This document shows positions 49,550 through 63,249 of a stretch of 64,000 bases of DNA, piece by piece; within the stretch, counting starts at the first letter, position 1, and each line of letters starts with the position of its first letter. The stretch lies in contig OZ024742.1 in NCBI GenBank assembly GCA_964016885.1, forward strand, positions 290,904,001 to 290,968,000, given 5' to 3'. This stretch comes from Eledone cirrhosa (lineage: Eukaryota). The notes below the pieces were generated by a model, which searched no databases, was not told the origin of the DNA, and was given only the letters and a program-made list of their open reading frames with translations. A program made the position numbers and the translations under genes.

Positions 49550-49970
49550 ATGGCGCTACGCAGTAATACAGAAAACCTGCCTTGCCTAAGTACAAAGCGA
49601 AACCTACAGTCAGTTGGCACCTCTTAATCAAATATACATCCCCATCCCACTACCCCAACTCCTCCACCCCTTTTTCTGTAAAGTTATGTTGGTACCACAA
49701 CATCCAGTCCTAAATAAATGAGGTCGTGTAGGTGTCACGGCAAAAAATACACACAGTCCACGCTGTACTGTGGCCATGTAGGTAACACAGTAAAAACCTC
49801 TCAGTCCACACTGTAAACGTGGTTGGTGTTAGGAAGGGCATCCAGCTGTAGAAAACCTGCCAGAGAGTCCTATACGAGTGAGACGACCAATCTTGCCTCA
49901 AGTGGGACAATTCCCATCTAAACCCATGCTAGCGTGGAAGATAGACGTTAAACGATGATGATGATGATGA

Positions 49971-50010
<40 letters not shown>

Positions 50011-50634
50011 GGATGTGTAACAGTAATATACGTGAACGACAAAGCATAAATGAATTGAGAGAGAGACTGAGCATAAGAGGAATCAAATGCTGTGTGCAGG
50101 AGAGGCGGTTGCGCTGGTATGGACATGTGATGCGTATGAAGGATGACAGCTGCATAAAAAGGTGCAGAGCACTAGAAGTTGATGGAAACCGCGGAGTGGG
50201 GAGACCCAAGATAACCTGGGATGAGGTGATAAAAGCCGACCTTACCCAATTACACCTCTCAAAGACAATGACACACGACCGTGACTTCTGGCGTCATGCA
50301 GTAATACAGAGTACCCGACCTCCCATGGGTACATGCTGAAGCATATAAACAATATGCCCCCACACCCCCCACCGCAAAGTGGTCGTGGAGGTGCCACGGC
50401 AAAAATGCACCCAGCCCACACTGTAAAGTGGACGTGTAGGCGCCACGAAAAAGCACCCAGCACTCACTGTAAATGAGGTTGGTGTTAGGAAGGGCATCCA
50501 GCTGTAGAAATCAAGCCAGATCAGTTCCTGTATGAGCAAGGCATGGTCAGCCGACCAGACACTGCACACAACAGGACAACCTGTCTAACCCATGCTAGCG
50601 TGGAAGAACGGACGTAAAACGGTGATGATGATGA

Positions 50635-50640
<6 letters not shown>
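49550..50640 (+). mobile_element. Two RTE 3' fragments separated by (GAT)n/(TA)n
   Basis: 3' UTR at 49550-49973; coding 3' end plus UTR at 50008-50640. Confidence 0.82.
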
Positions 50641-50695
<55 letters not shown>

Positions 50696-51304
50696 TATAA
50701 GAACAAACGCTTCTGCCTTGACTGGATGATATATTTCAGTTGTGTCTTCTGGGAAAACAATAGATGATGTATTACCATGAAGAAACAACCAGCAATACCT
50801 GCTGCATCAAACAATCTACTTCGTTAGGCTCCTTCCTCAGGTTTACTGGTTTCATCCCTGTTTGTGGAGGAAACTGACAGGCTAGGAATTGAGGACACTA
50901 GAGATCTCAATGGCAACCAGCAGAAAATGGAACCCATTCTAGCATGGAAGATAGACGTTAAATGATGATGAGTCAATGCTTGGTATTTCGTCAACTTCCA
51001 CTCCTCTGTGGAAAATCCAGGGAATTAAGACAACAGAGGCCCCAGTAGTGACCGACACAAAATTCAAAGTCAGTCAGTCAGTCAGTATTTAGTCATCTTC
51101 CACTCATCTGTGTTGTAGATGTCAGCAACCAAGGCTGTGGTCAAAGTGATGAGATTAATGCCAGCGAAAGTGTCACAAGATGTGGCATACCAGATGACTG
51201 ACTTACCATACCCAAACAAGAAAAAGTTTAACCCATCTGGGCAGCTAACTATTTCTTTGTAAATTTTTGCATTTTAGTAGACTGGAAGGTATTTCAAATG
51301 TCTA

Positions 51305-51520
51305 TCCTCATTAGATGGGCTCTACTCATCAGATGAGTGGGAGTTTATTAAGTAGTCTCTACTCATGGATATGTGGGGCTTCCTTAGGTGGGCTCTACTG
51401 ATGGATGTGGGGTTTCCTTAGGTGGGTTCTACTTAAGGACATGAGTGGGACCTCATTAGATGATCTCTACTCATGGATATGTGGAGATTGATTAGATGGA
51501 CTCTACTTAAGGACATAAGT
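51305..51520. repeat. Degenerate ~38-bp tandem repeat (ttagatgggctctactcatggatatgtggg)
   Basis: Five to six imperfect units seen directly. Confidence 0.7.
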
Positions 51521-52499
51521 GTGGCTGAGATAATACAGATTGGAACTTCAGCTTGCATTTGTTGTCCCATAAGAAACAATTGACAAAAGAGGCCACTGTA
51601 GTAGTGGCAGAAAACCCCGAAAGTGGACCAGAGGCTGAAACTTATCTGTGAGTGACATTATATGAATCAGTTGTGTGGTCTTTCTCTGGATATGATCTAA
51701 GATATCTGTATGTGTAGCAGCAGCACTGTCACAGCTGTGAGAGTAGTATTCTATTCTTGGCCTTATCTAAACTTTGCAGAGAATTAATAGTTACTAGCTC
51801 TGAAGCCAATGTTTTTGATGCGGTTTTTACTGTGTTGACATTGTGCATTTTCCAGAAAAGATCCTCATTGAAGTTATCACAAAGGATTGTGTTGCATACT
51901 GTGTTTAAGTAGAGGGGTGGTGTGATGATATTTTCTTGATGCAGTTATTGCAGGCTTTTGCTGTTGAAGGTGACAATATTGGCATGATCCCAGAGTTGAG
52001 TGTGGGTCAAAGTGATTTTCAAAATTGGCTACGCTGTGTGTAGGTCAGTTTGAGATACGAAATTGGCAGTGTTGAGTGAGTTGGTGAGCTGTATTCATGC
52101 ATACTATGATAGTGCAAGCTGACAAAAGGCCCCCTGATCCAAGGAACAAATGGAGTCTATAAGAAGGAAGTTTTGACAGCTGTGATCAAAGTTTTGCTAG
52201 TGTTTTATCACTAGATCCTTCAAAATTCTTGTTTATTTTCAACACGATTTCAAATTATAGACAGTGTCTTCCATTAAAAATGGTTATATTTTAAATTTGA
52301 AAATATGTTAGCACTTTTGGGTAGCCATGGCAATGCAAATAACTATAAATAATAGTTGAATAAGTTAGCTAAAGTACTCTAGAGATTAAAAAAAGATTAC
52401 AGAAATACCTGTGAGAATGAAATCATAAATTAGTTCAATTATTTTTCATAATTTTATTATTGTTTTGAAATAATTTGTTGGTTTGTGTTCGAAATCTAG

Positions 52500-52633
52500 A
52501 CATGGTACCTGACACCTGGTCACCTATGGCAGAAAATGAATTCTTAAAAATTGTTGAAGTCAAAAGAGGAAAGGAATATGATGAGATCTTTACCACTTTC
52601 AAAAGCAAACTTCCTCAATATAAAATAATCAAA
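52500..52633 (+). CDS. PARP14: PARP14-like exon: start of the PARP catalytic domain (VPDTWSPM...EYDEIFTTFKSKLPQYKIIK)
   Basis: Acceptor TAG at 52497-52499, donor GTTTGT; phase 1 to 0; PxxW..M and EY..V/I...F motifs typical of the macro-PARP ART N-terminus. Confidence 0.85.
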
Positions 52634-52699
52634 GTTTGTATTTTTCTTCCATAATTTTATTGTTTATTCAATTTCACCACCTATTACCACATTGGTGTT

Positions 52700-53130
52700 T
52701 AGTTGGACACCATACTCTCAGTCTTCTAGTATCCAGTTGGATTATGGTGGTTTCTGTATTGGTGTTTCACTTAGGTTCAGTCTCTGAGCTGTGAGCCATA
52801 CAAATGCCATTGCTGGTTCACAGTTAATGTGTTTAAACTCCACCCACTGTCATGTCACTTCAGTGCTGACTGCTTCCTTCAACATTCCACCCTCAATGAT
52901 ATTATTAAACATGACTTGGATATGGCTGGTTTCTCATTACTGCTAAATCCAGTGAGACTTGACCAAAGGGATAATGAAAGACTGGACAACATCTTTCCCT
53001 CATGGGGTGGTAAGCTCATAACCTGGGATATAACAATTATTGTAAGCTTCTGCAGTAGCAACCTGGTTAAGTTGGTACCAAACCTAAACTTTGTCACCTG
53101 ACATGCTGAAGATTGCAAGCTGTCAAAATA
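52700..53130 (+). mobile_element. CRE-like non-LTR retrotransposon fragment (restriction-like endonuclease)
   Basis: HPLSC....H..LNDII...L..AG....P..L...D..R.D....W..GK...WD.T pattern in ORF 52829-53101. Confidence 0.65.
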
Positions 53131-53834
53131 CCAGATGCTGTGCTGGTGCTACAAAAGCAACACCCAGTATACTCTGTATGAAACATATGAACAAGACATA
53201 GTTCTTCAACCCAACTTATCTCAAATTGTGACAACCCATCCAACCCATGTTAGCATGGAAAGTGGATGTAAAAATTATGATGATGATGAGTTGTGAAACT
53301 TGATCTGAAGAAAATATAGGCTTCAAGCCTTAAACAAATATTTATTAACAAGCCTAAATTCTAGACTTTAAAAATAACTTCTCTAGAATTTCTATATTTT
53401 TGATTGGGTAAAATTACTCTTCTACATAATTGCTGAATTTGTTAATAATAAATGTATATTAGTTTTTCAACGAAGTGAAGTTGTGTAGTTGTTATCTTCT
53501 TTAGGTAACATATTAATATCCTTGAAAGTTGTGGTAACCTGGCTGAAGCTTTTGAAATTTTAGTTTATACATGACTGGCAAGTGAGTTTTGATCAGAGAT
53601 CCTGTGTTAAAATTAAAATAATTACTGCATAGAAAAATCATATTAGCTACAGTTGTATGTACATGTCTGGCAAGTAAGTTTTGATCCGAGTTCCTGTCTT
53701 GAAACTAAAATAATTACACCAAAGAAGTTATTTTAGCCCTTCAAAAAACATACAAAAACTGTTAACTTCACTTTATATACAGCATTTATTTCTTGGTATG
53801 AAAATCTTTGTTGTGCTGACTGTGACTTGCAATC

Positions 53835-56800
53835 ACACTGTTTGTAACTTGGTCACTGACACATTACCACTGTCACACTGTGACCTGGTCACTGACACAG
53901 TGCTACTATCACACTGTGGACCTGGTCACTGACACAGGACCACTGTCACTGACACAATACTACTGACATATTGTAACCTGGTCACTGAAACACTACCACT
54001 GACATACTGCACCTGGTCACTGACACAATACCACTGTCACTGAAACTACCACTGTCACACTATGACCTGGTCACTGATACAGTACTACTGTCACACTGTG
54101 ACCTGATCACTGACACCATACTACTGTCACACTGTGACCTGGTCACTGAAACAATACCACTGATATACTGTGACCTGGTCACTGACACAGAACTACTGAC
54201 ATACTGTAACCTGGTCACTGACACAGTACCACTGTCACACTTTGACCTGATCACTGACACAGTACTACTGTCACACTTTGACCTGATCACTGACACAGTA
54301 CTACTAACATACTGTGACCTGGTGAGTGACACAGTACCACTGACTTAGTGTGATCTCGTCACTGACACAGCACCACTGCCACACTGTGACCTGATCACTG
54401 ACACAGTACTAATGTCACACTGTGACCTGGTCACTAACACAGTACCACTGACATACTGTGATCTGGTCTCTGATAAAATACTACTGTCACACTGAGACCT
54501 GATCACTGACACAGTACAATTGCCACACTTTGACCTGATCACTGACACAATACCACTGACATACTGTGACCTGGTCACTGACACAGTACTACTATCACAC
54601 TGTGACCTGGTCACTAACACAGTACCACTGACATACTGTGACAGTACTACTGTCACACTGTGACCTGGTCACTGACACAGTACCAGTCACACTGTGACCT
54701 GATCACTGACATAGTGTGACCTGGTCACTGACACTATACTACTGTCACACTGTGACCTGGTCACTGACACAGCACTACTGACATACTGATGCCTGGTCAC
54801 TGACACAGTGACCTGGTCACTGACACAGTACCACTGACTTACTGTGACCTGGTCACTGACACAGTACCACTGTTACACTGTGACCTGATCACTGACACAC
54901 TGTGATCTGGTCACTGACACAGTACTACTGTCACATGTGACCTGGTCACTGACACAGTACTTCTGTCACACTGTGACCTGATCACTGACACAGTAGCAGT
55001 CATACTGTGACCTGGTCACTGATACAGTACCACTGTGAGCTGGTCACTGTCACAGTACCACTGTCACACTGTGACCTGATCACTGACACAATACCCCTGA
55101 CATACTATGAACTAGTCACTGACACATTACTACTGTCACGTGTGACCTCTTCACTGACACAGTACCACTGTCACACTGACCTGATTCCTGACACAGTACC
55201 ACTGACACACTGTGATCCGATCACTGACACAGTACTACTGTCACAGTGTTACCTGGTTGCTGACACAGTACCACTGTCACACTGTGACCTGGTCACCAAC
55301 ACAGTACTACTGTCACTCTGTGACCTGGTCACTAACACAGTACCACTTACTTAGTGTGACCTTGTCACTGACACAGTACCACTGATATAGTGTGACCTCG
55401 TCACTGACAGTGTATCACTGACTTAGTGTGAACTGATTACTGACACAGTGCTACTAACATACCATGACTTCGTCACTGACACAGTACTACTGTCACACTG
55501 TGACCTGGTCACTGACACAGTACTACTGTCACTGTGACCGGGTCACTGACACAGTACCACTGACTTAATGTGACCTGGTCACTGACATAGTACCACTATC
55601 ACACTGTTACCTGGTCACGGACACAGTAGTATTGTCACCCTGTGACCTGGTCACTAACACAGTACCACTGTTACACTGTGACCTATTCACTGACACAGTA
55701 CCACTGAGTTAGTGTGACCTGGTCACTGACATAGTACCACTGTCACACTGTGACCTGATCACTGACACAGCCCCTGACATACTATGAACTGGTCACTGAC
55801 ATACTGTGAGCTGGTCACTGACACAGTACTATTGTCACACTGTGACCAGGTCACTAACACAGCACCATTGTCATACTGTGACCTGATCACTGACACAGTA
55901 CCACTGTCATATGGTGACCTGGTCACTGACACAGTACTACTGTCACACTGTGACCTGGTCACTGACACATTACTACTGACATACTGTGACCTGGTCACTG
56001 ACACATTACTACTGACATACTGTGACCTGGTCACTGACATAGTACTACTGACATACTGTAACTGGGTCACAGACACAGCACCACTGTGACCTGATCACTG
56101 ACATAGTATAACCTGGTCACTGACACTATACTACTGTCACACTGTGACCTGATCACTGACTCAGTACCACTGTCTTACTTTGACCTGATCACTGACACGG
56201 TACGGCTGACATACTGTGACCTGGTCACTGACACATTACTATTAACACACTGTGACCTGGTCACTAACACAGTTCCACTGACATACTGTGACAGTACTAC
56301 TGTCACACTGTAACCTGGTCACTGACACAGCACTACTGACACAGCACTACTGACACAGTACCACTGACATACTGTGACCTGGTCACTGACACATTACCAC
56401 TGTCACGCTATGGCCTGATCACTGGCACAGTACCACTGTCACACATTGACCTGATCACTGACACAGTTCTACTGTCACACTTTGACCTGATTACTGACAC
56501 AGTACTACTGTCATACTGTGACCTGGTCACTGACACAGTACCACTGTCACACTGTGACCTGGTCACTGACAGAGTACCACTGACATACTGTGACCTGGTC
56601 ACTGACACATTACTACTGTCACATTGTGACCTGGTCACTGACACAGTACTACTGTCACTCTATGACATGGTCACTGACACAGTACCACTGACTTAGTGTG
56701 AGCTGGTCACTGACACAGTACCACTGTTACACTGACCTGATCACTGAAACTGTACCACTCTCACTGACCTGATCACTGACACAGTACCCCTGACACACTG

Positions 56801-59800
56801 TGATATGGTCACTGACACAGTACTACTGACATACTGTGACCTGGTCGCTGTCACAGTACTACTGACATACTGTGACCTGGTCGCTGTCACAGTACTACTG
56901 TCACACTGACTCAGTAGTATTGTCACACTGTGACCTGGTCACTAACACAGTACCACTGTTACACTGTGACCTGTTCACTGACACAGTACCATTGTCACAC
57001 TGTGACCTGCACATTGACACAGTTCCACTGTCACACTGACTTGATCACTGACACCATACCCCGGACATACTGTAACCTGGACACTGATACAGTACTACTG
57101 ACATACTGTCACCTGGTCACTGTCAGAGTACTACTGACATACTGTGATCTGGTCACTGGCACAGTACCACTGTCACACTGTGATCTGATCACTGACACAG
57201 TACCTCTGACATACTGTGACCTGGTCACTGACACAGTACTACTGTGACACTATGACCTGTTCACTGACACAGTACTCCTGACATACTGTGACCTGGTCAC
57301 TGACACAGTACCACTGTCACACTGTGATCTGATCACTGACACAGTACCTCTGACATAGTGTGACCTGGTCACTGACACAGTACTACTGTCACGTGTCACC
57401 TGGTCACTGACACAGTACTTCTGTCACAATGTGACCTGATCACTGACACAGTACCACTGTCATACTGTGACCTGGTCACTGATACAGTACCATTGTGAGC
57501 TGGTCACTGACACATTACTACTGACATTCTGTGACCTGGTCACTGTCACAGTACTACTGACATACTGTGACCTGGTCACTGACACATTACTACTGACATT
57601 CTGTGACCTGGTCACTGTCACAGTACTACTGACATACTGTGACCTGGTCACTGACACATTACTACTGACATTCTGTGACCTGGTCACTGTCACAGTACTA
57701 CTGACATACTGTGACCTGGTCACTGACACATTACTACTGACATACTGTAACTGGGTCACTGACACACTGTGACCTGATCCCTGACATAGTATAACCTGGT
57801 CACTGACACTATACTACTGTCACACTGTGACCTGATCACTGACACAGTACCACTGTCTTACTTTGACCTGATCACTGACACAGTACGGCTGACATACTGT
57901 GACCTGGTCACTGACACATTACTATTAACACACTGTGACCTGGTCACTAACACAGTACCACTGACATACTGTAACAGTACTACTGTCACACTGTGACCTG
58001 GTCACTGACACAGCACTACTGACATACTGTGACCTGGTCACTGACACATTACCACTGTCACACTGTGACCTGATCACTGGCACAATACCACTGTCACACA
58101 TTGACCTGATCATTGACACAGTTCTACTGTCACACTTTGACTTGATTACTGACACAGTACTACTGTCATACTGTGACCTGGTCACTGACACAGTACCACT
58201 GTCACACTGTGACTTGGTCACTGACACAGTACCACTGACATACTGTGACCTGGTCACTGACACAGTACCACTGTCACACTGACCTGGTCACTGACACATT
58301 ACTACTGTCACATTGTGACCTGGTCACTGACGCAGTACTACTGTCACTCTATGACATGGTCACTGACACAGTACCACTGACTCAGTGTGAGCTGGTCACT
58401 GACACAGTACCACTGTTACACTGTGACCTGATCACTGAAACTATACCACTGTCACACTATGACCTGATCACTGACACAGTACCCCTGACACAGTACTACT
58501 GACATACTGTGACCTGGTCGCTGTCACAGTACTACTAACATACTGTGACCTGGTCGCTGTCACAGTACTACTGTCACACTGTGAACTGGTCACTGACACT
58601 GTGGTATTGTCACTGTGACCTGGTCACTAACACAGTACCACTGTTACACTGACCTGTTCACTGACACAGTACCACTGTCACACTGTGACCTGGTCACTGA
58701 CACAGTACCATTGTCACACTGACCTGCACATTGACACAGTACCACTGTCACAATGACCTGATCACTGACACCATAACCCGGACATACTGTAACCTGGACA
58801 CTGATACAGTACTACTGACATACTGTCACCTGGTAACTGTCAGAGTACTACTGACATACTGTGATCTGGTCACTGGCACAATACCACTCACACTGTGATC
58901 TGTTCACTAACACAGTACCTCTGACATACTGTGACCTGGTCACTGACACAGTACAACTGTTACACCGTGACCTGTTCACTGACAGGACTCCTGACATACT
59001 GTGACCTGGTCACTGACACAGTACTGTCACGTGTCACCTGGTCACTGACACAGTACTTCTGTCATAATGTGACCTGATCACTGACACAGTACCACTGTCA
59101 TACTGTAACCTGGTCACTGACACAGTACTACTGTCACACTGTGACCTGGTCACTGACACATTACTACTGACATACTGTTACCTGGTCACTGACACATTAC
59201 TACTGACATACTGTGACCTGGTCACTGATATAGTACTACTGACATACTGTACCTGGGTCACTGACACAACACCACTGTGACCTGATCCCTGACATAGTAT
59301 AACCTGGTCACTGACACTATACTACTGTCACACTGTGACCTGATCACTGACTCAGTACCACTGTCTTACTTTGACCTGATCACTGACACGGTACGGCTGA
59401 CATACTGTGACCTGGTCACTGACACAGTACCACTGACATACTGTGACAGTACTACTGTCACACTGTAACCTGGTCACTGACACAGCACTACTGACATACT
59501 GACACAGTACCACTGACATACTGTGACCTGGTCACTGACACATTACCACTGTCACACTATGGCCTGATCACTGGCACAGTACCACTGTCACACATTGACC
59601 TGATCACTGACACAGTTCTACTGTCACACTTTGACCTGATTACTGACACAGTACTACTGTCATACTGTGACCTGGTCACTGACACAGTACCACTGTCACA
59701 CTGTGACCTGGTCACTGACACAGTACCACTGACATACTGTGACCTGGTCACTGACACATTACTACTGTCACATTGTGAAATGGTCACTGACACAGTACCA

Positions 59801-62790
59801 CTGACTTTGTGTGAGCTGGTCACTGACACAGTACCACTGTTACACTGACCTGATCACTGAAACTGTACCACTCTCACACTGTGACCTGATCACTGACACA
59901 GTACCCCTGACACACTGTGATATGGTCACTGACACAGTACTACTGACATACTGTGACCTGGTCGCTGTCACAGTACTACTGACATACTGTGACCTGGTTG
60001 CTGTCACAGTACTACTGTCACACTGACTCAGTAGTATTGTCACACTGTGACCTGGTCACTAACACAGTACCACTGTTACACTGTGACCTGTTCACTGACA
60101 CAGTACCATTGTCACACTGTGACCTGCACATTGACACAGTACCACTGTCACACTGACTTGATCACTGACACCATACCCCGGACATACTGTAACCTGGACA
60201 CTGATACAGTACTACTGACATACTGTCACCTGGTCACTGTCAGAGTACTACTGACATACTGTGATCTGGTCACTGGCACAGTACCACTGTCACACTGTGA
60301 TCTGATCACTGACACAGTACCTCTGACATACTGTGACCTGGTCACTGACACAGTACCACTGTCACACTGTGATCTGATCACTGACACAGTACCTCTGACA
60401 TAGTGTGACCTGGTCACTGACACAGTACTACTGTCATGTGTCACCTGGTCACTGACACAGTACTTCTGTCACAATATGACCTGATCACTGACACAGTACC
60501 ACTGTCATACTGTGACCTGGTCACTGATACAGTACCATTGTGAGCTGGTCACTGACACAGTACTACTGACATTCTGTGACCTAGTCACTGTCACAGTACT
60601 ACTGACATACTGTGACCTGGTCACTGACACATTACTACTGACACACTGTGACCTGATCCCTGACATAGTATAACCTGGTCACTGACACTATACTACTGTC
60701 ACACTGTGACCTGATCACTGACACAGTACCACTGTCTTACTTTGACCTGATCACTGACACAGTACGGCTGACATACTGTGACCTGGTCACTGACACATTA
60801 CTATTAACACACTGTGACCTGGTCACTAACACAGTACCACTGACATACTGTAACAGTACTACTGTCACACTGTGACCTGGTCACTGACACAGCACTACTG
60901 ACATACTGTGACCTGGTCACTGACACATTACCACTGTCACACTGTGACCTGATCACTGGCACAGTACCACTGTCACACATTGACCTGATCACTGACACAG
61001 TTCTACTGTCACACTTTGACCTGATTACTGACACAGTACTACTGTCATACTGTGACCTGGTCACTGACACAGTACCACTGTCACACTGTGACCTGGTCAC
61101 TGACACAGTACCACTGACATACTGTGACCTGGTCACTGACACAGTACCACTGTCACACTGACCTGGTCACTGACACATTACTACTGTCACATTGTGACCT
61201 GGTCACTGACGCAGTACTACTGTCACTCTATGACATGGTCACTGACACAGTACCACTGACTCAGTGTGAGCTGGTCACTGACACAGTACCACTGTTACAC
61301 TGTGACCTGATCACTGAAACTGTACCACTGTCACACTATGACGTGATCACTGACACAGTACCCCTGACACAGTACTACTGACATACTGTGACCTGGTCGC
61401 TGTCACAGTACTACTGACATACTGTGACCTGGTCGCTGTCACAGTACTACTGTCACACTGTGAACTGGTCACTGACACAGTAGTATTGTCACAGTGACCT
61501 GGTCACTAACACAGTACCACTGTTACACTGTGACCTGTTCACTGACACAGTACCACTGTCACACTGTGACCTGGTCACTGACACAGTACCATTGTCACAC
61601 TGACCTGATCACTGACACCATACCCTGGACACTGATACAGTACTACTGACATACTGTCACCTGGTCACTGTCAGAGTACTACTGACATACTGTGATCTGG
61701 TCACTGGCACAATACCACTCACACTGTGATCTGATCACTGACACAGTACCTCTGACATACTGTGACCTGGTCACTGACACAGTACTACTGTTACACCGTG
61801 ACCTGTTCACTGACAGGACTCCTGACATACTGTGACCTGGTCACTGACACAGTACCACTGTCACACTGTGATCTGATCACTGACACAGTACCTCTGACAT
61901 ACTGTGACCTGGTCACTGACACAGTACTACTGTCACATGTCACCTGGTCACTGACACAGTACTTCTGTCACAATGTGACCTGATCACTGACACAGTACCA
62001 CTGTCATACTGTAACCTGGTCACTGATACAGTACCACTGTGAGCTGGTCACTGATACAGTACTACTGACATTCTGTGACCTGGTCAGTGTCACAGTACTA
62101 CTGACATACTGTGACCTGGTCACTGACACAGTACCACTGTCACACTGTGATCTGGTCACTGATACAGTACCACAGTGAGCTGGTCACTGACAGCGTACTA
62201 CTGACATTGATGTGACCTGGTCACTGACACAATACTACTGACATACTGTGACATGGTCACTGACACAGTACCACTGTCACACTGACCTGGTCACTGATAC
62301 AGTACCACTGTGAGCTGGTCACTGACACCGTACTACTGACATTCTGTGACCTGGTCACTGTCACAGTACTACTGACATACTGTGACCTGGTCACTGACAC
62401 AGTACCACTGTCACACTGACCTGGTCACTGATACAGTACCACTGTGAGCTGGTCACTGACACCGTACTACTGACATTCTGTGACCTGGTCACTAACACAA
62501 TACCACTGTCAAAATTTGACCTGGTCATTAACACAGTACCACTGACATACTGTGACCTGGTCACTGACACAGTACCACTGACATACTGTGACCTGGTCAC
62601 TAACACAATACCACTGACATACTGTGACCTGGTCACTGACACAATACTACTGTCACACTGTGACCTGGTCACTAACTCAATAGCACTGACATACTGTGAC
62701 CTGATCACTAACACAGTACCACTGTCACACTGTGACCTGATCACTAACACAGTACCACTGACATACTGTGACCTGGTCACTGACACAGTT
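53835..62790. repeat. 36-bp satellite, about 9 kb (tgtgacctggtcactgacacagtacYactgtcacac)
   Basis: Seen directly; 12-aa periodic pseudo-ORFs; higher-order duplications. Confidence 0.97.
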
Positions 62791-62823
62791 CTAATGAAAC
62801 TCATTTCATATTTTTTTATACAG

Positions 62824-63001
62824 ATTGAGAGAATACAGAACAAAACATTATACCATTGCTATCAAATGATGAAAAGGAAGTTTCAAGCAGACAACCCTCA
62901 CCTAAGAAATGAAGTGCAAGACCTTTGGCATGGCACTTCTGTAGATGCTATTAAAGGAATAAATAAGGGGGGTTTTAACCGGAGCTACTGTGGTAAAAAT
63001 G
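62824..63001 (+). CDS. PARP14: PARP14-like exon: ART domain with the catalytic His (IERIQN...LWHGT...GFNRSYCGKN)
   Basis: Acceptor tttttttatacag, donor G|GTAAGA; the HGT and GFNRSY.GKN motifs are diagnostic of PARP14/15/10-type ARTs. Remaining exons lie beyond the window. Confidence 0.93.
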
Positions 63002-63162
63002 GTAAGAAACTGTTTATTTTAACCCTTTCATACCAAATTGCCTCCTCCTCCTGCTGCTGCTTTTTCTTCTTCTTCTCCTTCTTCTATGAAAAGACTAATG
63101 ATATACCTACAACACTTTTAGAAATCAAATTTCAAAAATTAGCTACTGAACTTGCGCCACCC

Positions 63163-63193
<31 letters not shown>

Positions 63194-63249
63194 CACCATA
63201 CTGCCTACAGACACAATTAATTTGCACCTTTAATATATATATATATTAG

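Larger units (their letters stand above)
9784..63001 (+). other. PARP14: Macro-PARP (PARP14/PARP15-like mono-ADP-ribosyltransferase) gene, partial; nine exons in window
   Basis: Nine GT-AG exons with compatible phases (1536+125+228+228+49+182+364+134+178 = 3024 nt) give one open frame with macrodomain, WWE and PARP motifs in PARP14 order. The symbol is a best family match, not proven orthology. Confidence 0.88.

Noticed and set aside
52503-52525. Exonic ACCTGGTCAC as the seed of the 36-bp satellite
   Set aside because: Only ~10 nt match and it encodes the conserved PxxW motif; chance is sufficient.
53835-62790. CRISPR-like array (36-bp palindromic repeats)
   Set aside because: Units are contiguous with no unique spacers, there are no cas genes, and the context is a eukaryotic intron.
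54060-62843. Multiple TRSQCDSSTVSV / HCDLVTDTV ORFs
   Set aside because: Satellite translations broken by frequent stops and frameshifts.
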